This document shows, piece by piece, positions 6,919-14,979 of a stretch of 28,086 nucleotides of DNA. The translations under genes and the position numbers were made by a program. Origin of the DNA: a virus. Lineage: Duplodnaviria; Caudoviricetes. The stretch is from positions 1 through 28,086 of the IMG/VR virus record IMGVR_UViG_3300025141_000571; one strand, written 5' to 3'. Each line of letters starts with the position of its first letter. The first letter of the stretch is position 1. The notes under the pieces were generated by a model. It did no database searches and was not told the DNA's origin. It saw nothing but the letters and a program-made list of their open reading frames with translations.

Positions 6919-8798
6919 TATCTTCTCCCGTCTGGTCTAAGTTGTAATTTCATAGAGCCTAATCTCCAATTAGTTTCATCTACAACATCGGTCGCAAAAT
7001 TTAATTTTACTGATCTTCCTCTACCTCTTACATTAATTTTCTGTGTTGTACTACTTACATTACCTAATGTAGTCTGAGAGGAGGTAGATTGAGGGTAGTC
7101 CTCTAAGGTCATTGTAACTTTTAATTCTTTTGAAAGATTAGTAAAATCAGGGACAAATTTACTTACTGACATAAATTGGTCGCCGTCTGCAATTTCTATC
7201 GATCCTGATGTTAAAGAAGCTGAAATCGCTGTGCCGTCTGCTTTATTATTTCCTGTCTCGTGTTTATAAACATACGAAGCGCCTGCTGTCACACCAATAG
7301 GAGTATTAGACACGCCTGTACTAGTAGTAGCATTTGCTGTTAAACTAGTATTGTATTCGGTAGCAATAGTGTTTTCATAAGTATAGTTTGCAAGATACGT
7401 TGTTCTCCCTAAAGTAGTAGTGTACCACGTATCTTCTAAATAATTGTAAACAACCAATCTATCTAGTTGGGTTGCACTCCCACTTGGGTAATACCACATA
7501 ATTTCATTAAACTCAGGATTGACCCCACATGCTATATCATTTTTATTTGTAAAACTAATATCATCATAAACATAATCTTCTACAGAACAAGCCATCTTTT
7601 TAACTACACCATCATACATGTAAAAAGCATCATCACCCATCCAATACGCTCTACCATTTACATCAATCGCTGCATGCTGTGCTATTAATCCGCAGTTAGC
7701 CCCTAATTGTCGTTGACCAAAAGTAAAAGGAGTGCCAATAAATTGAACACCGTGTAAGGAAGTATCAGTCCATACAAGGATTTGTCCTGTCGATCTTACC
7801 GCTCCAACAATTCTCGAACCATCAGCAATACGAAGGGAGCCTGCTTCATTAGTAGCGGTAGGCGCCCATGTTGTTAAACTTTCTCTATCCGCCCATCTAA
7901 AAAATAAATCATCTTGTGTGGCGGAATTAGTTACAGTTGTACACGTTCCCCATAAAAATAAATGGCGTGTGTCAGCCGAGACAATATTAAACCGAGAAGC
8001 AACAGGTGCGGTTGCACCAAGGCTAACGGACCTTACACTCATCCCTGACGATGTATCCCATTTATATGTTCCACCATTTAAAACAGTAGCCACTAAATCT
8101 TCACCAAAATTATCTAAAGCCCAGTTTCTTCCTTGAAGTGTTACACTAGAAGTAGCACGAGGTGTTCCCCATGTACTTAATCCCCATGTTGCAACGCCCC
8201 AACCATATCCATAAGTAGATGTAGCAGGTCCCACATTAATTTGATAACTTGCTGTAACCGATCCTCCACCAGCAGCCGTTGTTCCTGTAGCATTACTTGG
8301 AAAAGTAATTGTATAACTATTAGCATCGATGACTGTTGTTATTTCAAATTCATTATTAAATTCTAAACCATCTACGGTATTAGTAGCACTACCATTATCA
8401 AAGGTAACAAAATCTCCTGCTATGGCTCCGTGACTTGCGTCGGTTACCGTTACTCCTGCTCCTCCTGAAGTTGTCTCAAAAGGATTAGTTAAAGAAGCAG
8501 TTTCACGGATAGGTGTTATATCAGATACAGAACCTTCGGAATAGATATAAAGTTTTCTATCCGTTCCTAACGCTAAATATCTCGTGCCATCTAAACTTAT
8601 CCATGAATGCGTGTCTCTAACTACACCAATAAGAGTTTCATTAGGGTTAGGTAGATATTCCCATCCTTTCCACCTTTCAGGTTTTCCATAGTGAAATCGT
8701 ACAAATTCAGAATCTGTATAACGTCTTTGGTCTCCTGCAGCGTAAGAGGAGTCTTGTTTATCTATTCCAGGTAAAAATTTTAAATCAGTTAATTGCAT
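6918..8798 (-). CDS. Tail hub/nozzle (packaged-DNA stabilisation, P22 gp10-like) protein
   Basis: 626 aa with beta-propeller-like W/D/G repeats (WALDNFGEDL, FRWADRE..TTW.P..TNEAGSLR, AYWMG..AFYMYDG.V, EIMWYYP), an inserted small beta domain (VTVTDASHGAIAGDFVTF), and the C-terminus RGRGRSV…WRLG…PDGRR. Confidence 0.75.
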   Translation of the reverse strand: MQLTDLKFLPGIDKQDSSYAAGDQRRYTDSEFVRFHYGKPERWKGWEYLPNPNETLIGVVRDTHSWISLDGTRYLALGTDRKLYIYSEGSVSDITPIRETASLTNPFETTSGGAGVTVTDASHGAIAGDFVTFDNGSATNTVDGLEFNNEFEITTVIDANSYTITFPSNATGTTAAGGGSVTASYQINVGPATSTYGYGWGVATWGLSTWGTPRATSSVTLQGRNWALDNFGEDLVATVLNGGTYKWDTSSGMSVRSVSLGATAPVASRFNIVSADTRHLFLWGTCTTVTNSATQDDLFFRWADRESLTTWAPTATNEAGSLRIADGSRIVGAVRSTGQILVWTDTSLHGVQFIGTPFTFGQRQLGANCGLIAQHAAIDVNGRAYWMGDDAFYMYDGVVKKMACSVEDYVYDDISFTNKNDIACGVNPEFNEIMWYYPSGSATQLDRLVVYNYLEDTWYTTTLGRTTYLANYTYENTIATEYNTSLTANATTSTGVSNTPIGVTAGASYVYKHETGNNKADGTAISASLTSGSIEIADGDQFMSVSKFVPDFTNLSKELKVTMTLEDYPQSTSSQTTLGNVSSTTQKINVRGRGRSVKLNFATDVVDETNWRLGSMKLQLRPDGRR

Positions 8799-8828
8799 AA
8801 TATTATTTTAACCTAATTCCTATTAAAT

Positions 8829-9410
8829 CTAAAGAGTATTATTATATTTACATTGAAATGCGATAGAAATTCTCATCCGTGGACATGTTCGAGAAACAGC
8901 CACTCCTCGGTGAGGAAGATAAGAGGGAAAAATAACCGCTCTATTAGGTATTGGAAAAGAACCTCCTGTGATCCTTTTCTTAGTTTCATCATATATTACT
9001 AATTCTCCACCCCATGATATGTCCCATATAGGGTGTAAAAAATAAACCAAGGTAAGATTCTTAGAATATACTACCCCATCATCCTCGTCATCTTGATGAA
9101 TTGTTTGATCATAAAGAGGAACACCCCCATTAAAATAAAGTCTATGTAACGTGTTTTTATAATTTTTTTCAATTTCCACTTTTGAATTAATTGAATTCCA
9201 TAAATTATAAAGAATATGAGATTCATTAAATCTATTTTCAGATATTAATTTATTTATAGGTGCCCCATAATGCCACGCCCCAAAACCAGTATTAGAATCA
9301 CTCACAAAAGAAGAGTTGGTAAATTCCCATATACCTTTCAATAATTCTTTTTGAGCTAATTCCCATATTTTAATATCGGCAACATTATCTCTTATTTTTA
9401 ACATACTCAT
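8829..9410 (-). CDS. 2OG-Fe(II) oxygenase, HxD type (prolyl-hydroxylase-like)
   Basis: IHQD…TLVYFL…WDISWGGEL…PIPNRAVIFPSYLPHRG…RISIAF. Confidence 0.88.
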   Translation of the reverse strand: MSMLKIRDNVADIKIWELAQKELLKGIWEFTNSSFVSDSNTGFGAWHYGAPINKLISENRFNESHILYNLWNSINSKVEIEKNYKNTLHRLYFNGGVPLYDQTIHQDDEDDGVVYSKNLTLVYFLHPIWDISWGGELVIYDETKKRITGGSFPIPNRAVIFPSYLPHRGVAVSRTCPRMRISIAFQCKYNNTL

Positions 9411-10186
9411 TTTATAAATTGAGTTCCTACATTACCCCTAAAGACATAAGTACCATGATGATTTAAACCACTAATAACATCAGCATAGACTTTACCACCA
9501 ATTTTCTGCCATAATCGACAAAAAGCATAATCTTCCGATAAATAACGTTTTGTCTCAGGCTCAATTAGTGTGTCAAAAAAAGCATAATTCCAATCAGAAT
9601 TATTATGATGATTAAACTCTGTGTCGTGGGGCTGGTTTAAATGTTGATCGGGCGTAAATTTTAATTCAGGATAAGCATCTGCCATTTTTTCAAATACATG
9701 TCTTTTTATCAACATAAATCCAGTTGCACCGTCTAATACTTCTATAAAGCCTTTTTTAACTTCAATTCTTTCAGGATTTTTAACATTGAGATTATATTCT
9801 AATGAAGCTGCATGAAGTTCATCTAAATCTACATCAGGATTATTTTTAATTCTTTTCTTTACTTTTCTCCAATCAATTGCTTTTCGAGGATAGATTCCTG
9901 TCACCACATCTTCGTCAAAATCTAACATTCTAAAAATTGTTTTTTCACTAAATCCAATATCAGCATCAATAAAAAGTAGATGTGTGTAATTACCAGGATC
10001 ATCCATAAATAATTGAACTAATGTATTTCTAGCTCTCGTTATTAAAGATTCATTTCCAATCGTACCAAATTGTAATTGAATATCATGTTTAGGGGCTTCA
10101 TTAACTAAACGTAGACAGCTTTTAAAATAATCTGCTACGATCATTCCCCCATAACAGGGCGTACCTATAAAAACTTTAGTCTGCAT
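9407..10186 (-). CDS. GT-A fold glycosyltransferase (GT2-like)
   Basis: VFIGTPCYGG…ESLITRARN…HLLFIDADI (DxD)…ATGFMLIKR…LSEDYAFC. Start moved to the ATG at 10186 (MQTKVF), which gives a short overlap with the upstream gene. Confidence 0.85.
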   Translation of the reverse strand: MQTKVFIGTPCYGGMIVADYFKSCLRLVNEAPKHDIQLQFGTIGNESLITRARNTLVQLFMDDPGNYTHLLFIDADIGFSEKTIFRMLDFDEDVVTGIYPRKAIDWRKVKKRIKNNPDVDLDELHAASLEYNLNVKNPERIEVKKGFIEVLDGATGFMLIKRHVFEKMADAYPELKFTPDQHLNQPHDTEFNHHNNSDWNYAFFDTLIEPETKRYLSEDYAFCRLWQKIGGKVYADVISGLNHHGTYVFRGNVGTQFIK

Positions 10187-10688
10187 CTTTGTAAAAAATA
10201 TTAAGGGTGAATCTCTTGGAACTATCACCAAAAGATTGTAGATCCGAATGAGGTATTTTCATTCCGTTAAAGAACAAAGCTCGGTTTTCTACAAAACCAA
10301 TATGGGAAGACAATTGATTATCATGCGTAAATCCTGTTCCATTATTAAGAAGAGGGTCACCTTTCACAAACAAAAGAAAGTTTGCTACATTTCCTTTATC
10401 ATGGTCTGTATGAAACAAAGGCTCTTTTTTATTTTGTCTTGAATGAGCACTCACGGATATTGGCTCAAGGTTTCTGTGTGGAAAAAAATATTGTTTAATT
10501 AATTTTAACAATGGATCATCATGAAAACTTTTGGGGAAAGTGTGTCTAAATCCATATTCTTGCCCTGCGGGATTTTTTACCTCTTCATAATTTAAATTCA
10601 TAACGGTGTCTTGAAGTGATTTTAAAGTTTCTTCCTCTAAAAAATCATCAACATACATAACAAATTTTGTGTTTTTATTGTGTTGCAT
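10176..10688 (-). CDS. 2OG-Fe(II) oxygenase-fold protein, HxD type
   Basis: YVDDFL…FHTD…FLLFV…NGTGF…ENRALFF…IPHS…RFTLNIF. Confidence 0.78.
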   Translation of the reverse strand: MQHNKNTKFVMYVDDFLEEETLKSLQDTVMNLNYEEVKNPAGQEYGFRHTFPKSFHDDPLLKLIKQYFFPHRNLEPISVSAHSRQNKKEPLFHTDHDKGNVANFLLFVKGDPLLNNGTGFTHDNQLSSHIGFVENRALFFNGMKIPHSDLQSFGDSSKRFTLNIFYKDAD

Positions 10689-10950
10689 AATCTACTTTTA
10701 AATATTCTATTTTCTTTATCCATCCTTTAGGAATAGCAATAGCACCACCCCCTGTAACATCTTCTTTATCTTTACTATAAGACCGCATAATAACGATTCT
10801 TTCATCATTATTGGTTACCATCCATCCTACTTCTTGGCATGTAGCTAAATGAGCATTAATAACTTCTTTAATATCTAACCACCCTGTTTCGGTATCACGG
10901 GCATCGACCCACGTCACACGGACCATTGGAGTTTTATCAATATCAATCAT
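10675..10950 (-). CDS. Conserved small phage protein of unknown function (91 aa)
   Basis: VRVTWVDA…GW…C..VGW…IPKGWIKKI, a pattern I recognise from phage hypothetical proteins. Overlaps both neighbours in the operon. Confidence 0.75.
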   Translation of the reverse strand: MIDIDKTPMVRVTWVDARDTETGWLDIKEVINAHLATCQEVGWMVTNNDERIVIMRSYSKDKEDVTGGGAIAIPKGWIKKIEYLKVDYATQ

Positions 10951-11512
10951 ATATTTTAATATTAAAACTAATACTTATTCTTGGTTTTTTTGCTCTATTT
11001 CTTGATACTGAATGATAACAATCTGAATCAAAAAGAACTAATAAATCATTTTCTGGTTTTATGTTTACAGCGCTCTTTCTAAATAGATAAGTAGATAACT
11101 TGTGTTGGTTATTATAACTAAATGAATGGAGAGAAAGATCACCAGAATTTTCATTTACATCTACATAATAAACTCCTGCTATATCTGATGTATGAATATG
11201 AGGCCAATTAATATCTCCTTCATAATTTATGTTTGCCCACATAATTTCCATTTCAACTTTTGAAAAATTAAAATCTTTGAGATCTTTACAACATTCAAAC
11301 GCTTTCTTTGTAATTTGTTGGGTTAAAGGCTCAAAAGGACCGTCTTGGGGAAGATGATCGGATTGCCATCCAAATTCTGAATTGGATATTCTTCTACCAT
11401 TTATATCCCCTCTTCTAATTAATTCTATAGAGGCTTGTAACTGACTTAAATAATCTTTATTAAATCCAAGAAAAGTTTTTTCGTACAGGTGTTGAGGAAA
11501 AATTTCAATCAT
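10943..11512 (-). CDS. 2OG-Fe(II) oxygenase-fold protein, TIGR02466-like (HxH)
   Basis: SNSEFGWQS…WANIN…NWPHIH…AGVYYV…SGDL…LVLFDSDCYHSV…RISISFN. Confidence 0.88.
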   Translation of the reverse strand: MIEIFPQHLYEKTFLGFNKDYLSQLQASIELIRRGDINGRRISNSEFGWQSDHLPQDGPFEPLTQQITKKAFECCKDLKDFNFSKVEMEIMWANINYEGDINWPHIHTSDIAGVYYVDVNENSGDLSLHSFSYNNQHKLSTYLFRKSAVNIKPENDLLVLFDSDCYHSVSRNRAKKPRISISFNIKIYD

Positions 11513-12123
11513 TCTGTCTTATCTTTTAAAAAAAAATTAAAAGACATCGATCGGCGAGTATCTCCTTTATTTTTAACTTTAAATGGCATTACTTGATGTT
11601 GATGTTTTGCTTCAAAAATAAAAAAATTTCCTACCGCAGGGTCTATCCACTGACATCCTTGACCATCAATACATGTAAAAGATAATTTACCATCTTTAAA
11701 CTTATGAGGTTCTTTTCCTGTATCATTTATAAGTTCAGGAACTTTTATAAATAATACGGTGGAATAGCCAACAGAATTAAAATGTGTATGGGGAGGGTTG
11801 TATTCTCCTTCTTTCATATCGTTAATCCAGCAACTACTAATGGCTAATTTTCCACTTGAATTAGGATCAACAAGTTTATATTCAACTAATGAATTCATAT
11901 AATCATTCATACAATCAACAATACTTTTATAAATTTTTGTTTGAGGAAAGAGATTAGTAAATTCAAGTTCTGATTTTAAACGACCTGCTAGAATATGGGA
12001 GTGACTTGCTAAACTTTTCTTTTCTTGTTCGTAAATATTATTTAAATCATCAACCTCATCTACGGGTAATTCATATGCCTTAACTACCCTGCCGTGAATA
12101 GTGGTATAATTATTAAATCTCAT
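11509..12123 (-). CDS. 2OG-Fe(II) oxygenase-fold protein, HxH type; close paralogue of 2641-3237
   Basis: WINDMKEGEYNPPHTH…PHKFKDG…HQHQVMPF…RRSMSFN. Confidence 0.85.
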   Translation of the reverse strand: MRFNNYTTIHGRVVKAYELPVDEVDDLNNIYEQEKKSLASHSHILAGRLKSELEFTNLFPQTKIYKSIVDCMNDYMNSLVEYKLVDPNSSGKLAISSCWINDMKEGEYNPPHTHFNSVGYSTVLFIKVPELINDTGKEPHKFKDGKLSFTCIDGQGCQWIDPAVGNFFIFEAKHQHQVMPFKVKNKGDTRRSMSFNFFLKDKTE

Positions 12124-12845
12124 TTTTTCTTATTATAAAATTCTTTTCTTTTTGCTGTTTCGGCATTTCCTACTTGAGGGTCACCTTCTTTTTTTATTAA
12201 TTGAAGATTAAAAGATACCGATCTTCTTTCTTCATTTTGTGTTCTAAAAGGATAAACTCCGTGTGCTAACCAATGAGGAAATAAAAATATATCACCTACT
12301 GTTGGAGAATGCTGAAATTTATGACCACTAAATGTAGCAGCTTGACCATTGAACCAAGTAATATCACCTACTGTTGGATAGTGATCTTCTCTTGCATATT
12401 CTTCTGGTAAACTTTTAGGAACTCGTAAATAAAACACTCCTGATAATTGTCCCTCGTGTATATGAAAAGGATTAAAGTCTCCTGCCCACTGGCTCACGGC
12501 CCACATAGATTCAATAACCATTTGACCTACAAACTCAGGACTAATTGTTTCATTCGCTGGAGGAATAGAAAGATAAGATTTAACCATCTCTCCCATTAAA
12601 TGTATCATAGGTTTCGCTTCTTCCCCTCCCAACCACTCAGGATCAAAACGTGTTTCTTGTTTTACATTACCTGCTAAATGCGGTGCATGATCAAATTTTT
12701 TTGAATAGTCTTTATCATTAAACATTTCAGATGCTTTATCATCCATTAGTTTAACTAAAAAATCAGGCATCTTTCCTTTAACAATAGTAGGACCAAAAGG
12801 TCTAATAGCTTCAAATTTTAGAACTTCCTCTTTCTTCTTTGCCAT
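12120..12845 (-). CDS. 2OG-Fe(II) oxygenase-fold protein, HxH type
   Basis: PFGP…LAGNVKQE…WAVSQWAGDFNPFHIH…LSGVFYL…LFPHWLAHGVYPF…RRSVSFN. Start moved to the ATG at 12845, which has an AAAGGA SD. Confidence 0.87.
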   Translation of the reverse strand: MAKKKEEVLKFEAIRPFGPTIVKGKMPDFLVKLMDDKASEMFNDKDYSKKFDHAPHLAGNVKQETRFDPEWLGGEEAKPMIHLMGEMVKSYLSIPPANETISPEFVGQMVIESMWAVSQWAGDFNPFHIHEGQLSGVFYLRVPKSLPEEYAREDHYPTVGDITWFNGQAATFSGHKFQHSPTVGDIFLFPHWLAHGVYPFRTQNEERRSVSFNLQLIKKEGDPQVGNAETAKRKEFYNKKK

Positions 12846-12873
12846 AACTTCCTTTCTTGATATAAGTTTTCTA

Positions 12874-12902
12874 TTGTCATATACCAATAATTTCCCTATA
12901 AA
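12874..12902 (+). promoter_or_regulatory. Putative promoter in the divergent intergenic region
   Basis: TTGTCA (12874-12879), 17-nt spacer, TATAAA (12897-12902), upstream of the ejection-protein operon. Confidence 0.4.
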
Positions 12903-12985
12903 TATAGAATAAAATTGGCTTCTTTCTCCAAGTCTAGCCTTCTTGCATTTTCAACAAAAAAACAGTTGCTATTAAAGGATTATGC

Positions 12986-14059
12986 ATGATTGATAAACAA
13001 TTTTTAGAAACAATTCCCCAATATGGTATTGGTGGTTTTGTTAAAAAAATATTTAAAAAAGTAAAAGATACCGTTAAAAAAGTTGCACCTATTGCTGGGG
13101 CTGGTATTGGTTTTTTAATTGGTGGTGCGGCAGGTGCTGGTATTGGATCAGGTATAGGAAGTTTAATAGCAGGAAAATCTCCTGAAGAAGCTCTTAAAAA
13201 TGCGGCTCTTGGATATGGTATTGGTTCTATTGCAGGATCTTTTGGACCATTTCAACAATATGCTGGAAAAGGTATTGGAGGCAAATTTGCTATGGGAGAT
13301 AAATATAATATTTTAAAAAGTTTTACCGGCCCGCAAGAAGTAATTACAAGCGAAACATCTAGTGCTGTTGTTCCTAAAAATGAAGTAACATGGTTAAAAG
13401 ACCAAGGCATTAATCCAGATGTATTTACAAAAAGTGGACCAGAAACTAAAGAATGGATTACTCAACAAATGATAAAAGACAGTGCAAAAAAAGAAGTTGT
13501 AAAAAAAGGAGGGTCAAAACTTTTAGGGGACGGTTTGGCAAGTAAATTTTTAACAAGTAGTGCTGTAGCAGCTCCATTCTTAACTTATTACGATGCAGCT
13601 AAACGGGAAAAAGATTTTGTTCCTAGCGATCCTATGGCATTAAACCAATTATATTATGAAGACCCGCAAGCATTCCAAGTAGCAAACCTTGGTGTTCAAC
13701 CTCACTACTATAAAGATTTACAGAACTATTATGGAGTTCCTATAGAAGATTTACCAACTGATTTTATTCGTGAACCAGAAGTAACTACTCAAGCTGCTAA
13801 AGGAGGAATAATACAATTAGCCAACGGATCAGAACAATATTTTCCTCGTAAGACTGGAGAAATAAATGGACCGGGAACAGGAACAAGTGATGACATTCCT
13901 GCTATGTTAAGTGATGGAGAATTTGTGTTTACAGCAAAAGCCGTAGAAAATGCAGGCGGAGGAAGTAGAAGAGAAGGTGCTAAAAAAATGTATGAAGTAA
14001 TGAAAAATTTAGAAAAAGGTGGTACACTGTCAACACAATCTAGAGGAGTAGCAGCATAA
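12986..14059 (+). CDS. Putative internal virion/DNA-ejection protein
   Basis: Basic amphipathic N-terminus followed by G/A-rich hydrophobic segments (IAGAGIGFLIGGAAGAGIGSGIGSLIAG). C-terminal GPGTGTSDDIPAMLSDGEFV module, as seen in tape-measure/ejection proteins. Confidence 0.65.
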   Translation: MIDKQFLETIPQYGIGGFVKKIFKKVKDTVKKVAPIAGAGIGFLIGGAAGAGIGSGIGSLIAGKSPEEALKNAALGYGIGSIAGSFGPFQQYAGKGIGGKFAMGDKYNILKSFTGPQEVITSETSSAVVPKNEVTWLKDQGINPDVFTKSGPETKEWITQQMIKDSAKKEVVKKGGSKLLGDGLASKFLTSSAVAAPFLTYYDAAKREKDFVPSDPMALNQLYYEDPQAFQVANLGVQPHYYKDLQNYYGVPIEDLPTDFIREPEVTTQAAKGGIIQLANGSEQYFPRKTGEINGPGTGTSDDIPAMLSDGEFVFTAKAVENAGGGSRREGAKKMYEVMKNLEKGGTLSTQSRGVAA

Positions 14060-14979
14060 TGGTTGAAGAATATATTACACGAGAAGCCCCCGATATAGAA
14101 GCCCGTAAACTCGGGTTAATGGATACGGCGAAAGCTCTTACGGAAAAAGGATATACTCTTCCTGATTATATTCTTGCTGGTTTAACACAGGCTCAAAAAG
14201 ATGCACTAGCCTTACAAAAAGCAGGAATAGGTGCTTATTCTCCTTATCTTACAGCGGGAGAAACTGCTTTAACTACTGGATTAGGTACTACTGGACAAGC
14301 TATTACGCAACTTGGTGGTACAACAGGAGCACCAACACAAGCACAACTTGATGCTTACATGAATCCTTTTCAACAATCAGTTATTGATGCAACAATGAGC
14401 GAACTTGATAAACAAGGGGCATTAGCTAAACAAAGTTTATCTCAGCAAGCACAACAAGCAGGTGCTTTTGGGGGATCTCGATTTGGTGTGGCTGAAGCTG
14501 AACTTGGGGGAAATTTACAAGATGCACGAGCACGAGCTTTATCTCAATTAAATTTACAAAATTTTGCTCAAGCTCAAGCCGGAATGCAAAATCAATTAGA
14601 ACGAGAAAGATTAGCTGCAATGGGCATAGGTTCTTTAGGTCAACAACAAGGGGCTATTGGTCAAACCATCGCTGGTTTGGGTGCACAAAAACAGGCTTTA
14701 GGCGCACAAGATGTGTCTAATCTTATGGGTATTGGTGGATTTGAACAACAATTTGCTCAACAGCAAGAAGATATTAAACGACAAAATATATTACAAGGAA
14801 TTATGCAACCCTATCAACAATTAAGTTATTATGGTGATATTTTACAAGGTGCACCATCGTCTCAACAAGTGATGAGTACCTCACAAGCCTCTCCAGTTAG
14901 CCCAATGCAACAAGCAATTGGAACTGGTATAGGAGCTATCTCAGGGATAGCCGGTCTTAGAAAATTAGGAGTGGTGTAA
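14059..14979 (+). CDS. Putative DNA transfer/pilot (ejection) protein
   Basis: Q/A/G-rich helical protein with YMNPF and AGAFGGSR motifs and a C-terminal G-rich hydrophobic helix. TAATG coupling on both sides. Confidence 0.7.
   Translation: MVEEYITREAPDIEARKLGLMDTAKALTEKGYTLPDYILAGLTQAQKDALALQKAGIGAYSPYLTAGETALTTGLGTTGQAITQLGGTTGAPTQAQLDAYMNPFQQSVIDATMSELDKQGALAKQSLSQQAQQAGAFGGSRFGVAEAELGGNLQDARARALSQLNLQNFAQAQAGMQNQLERERLAAMGIGSLGQQQGAIGQTIAGLGAQKQALGAQDVSNLMGIGGFEQQFAQQQEDIKRQNILQGIMQPYQQLSYYGDILQGAPSSQQVMSTSQASPVSPMQQAIGTGIGAISGIAGLRKLGVV

Noticed and set aside
2641-12123. Diversity-generating retroelement template/variable repeat pair
   Set aside because: Both copies are full coding paralogues, the differences are not adenine-specific, and there is no reverse transcriptase.
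1947-12845. TET/JBP-plus-glycosyltransferase DNA hypermodification cluster
   Set aside because: The oxygenases resemble TIGR02466-like and prolyl-hydroxylase-like families rather than TET/JBP. No methyltransferase, nucleotide kinase or thymidylate synthase homologue is adjacent, and the context is tail genes. This is disfavoured but not excluded without nucleoside analysis.
1900-12985. Recombinase-driven invertible segment (shufflon/Gin-like)
   Set aside because: I found no inverted repeats at the two strand-switch points by eye, and there is no recombinase in the window.
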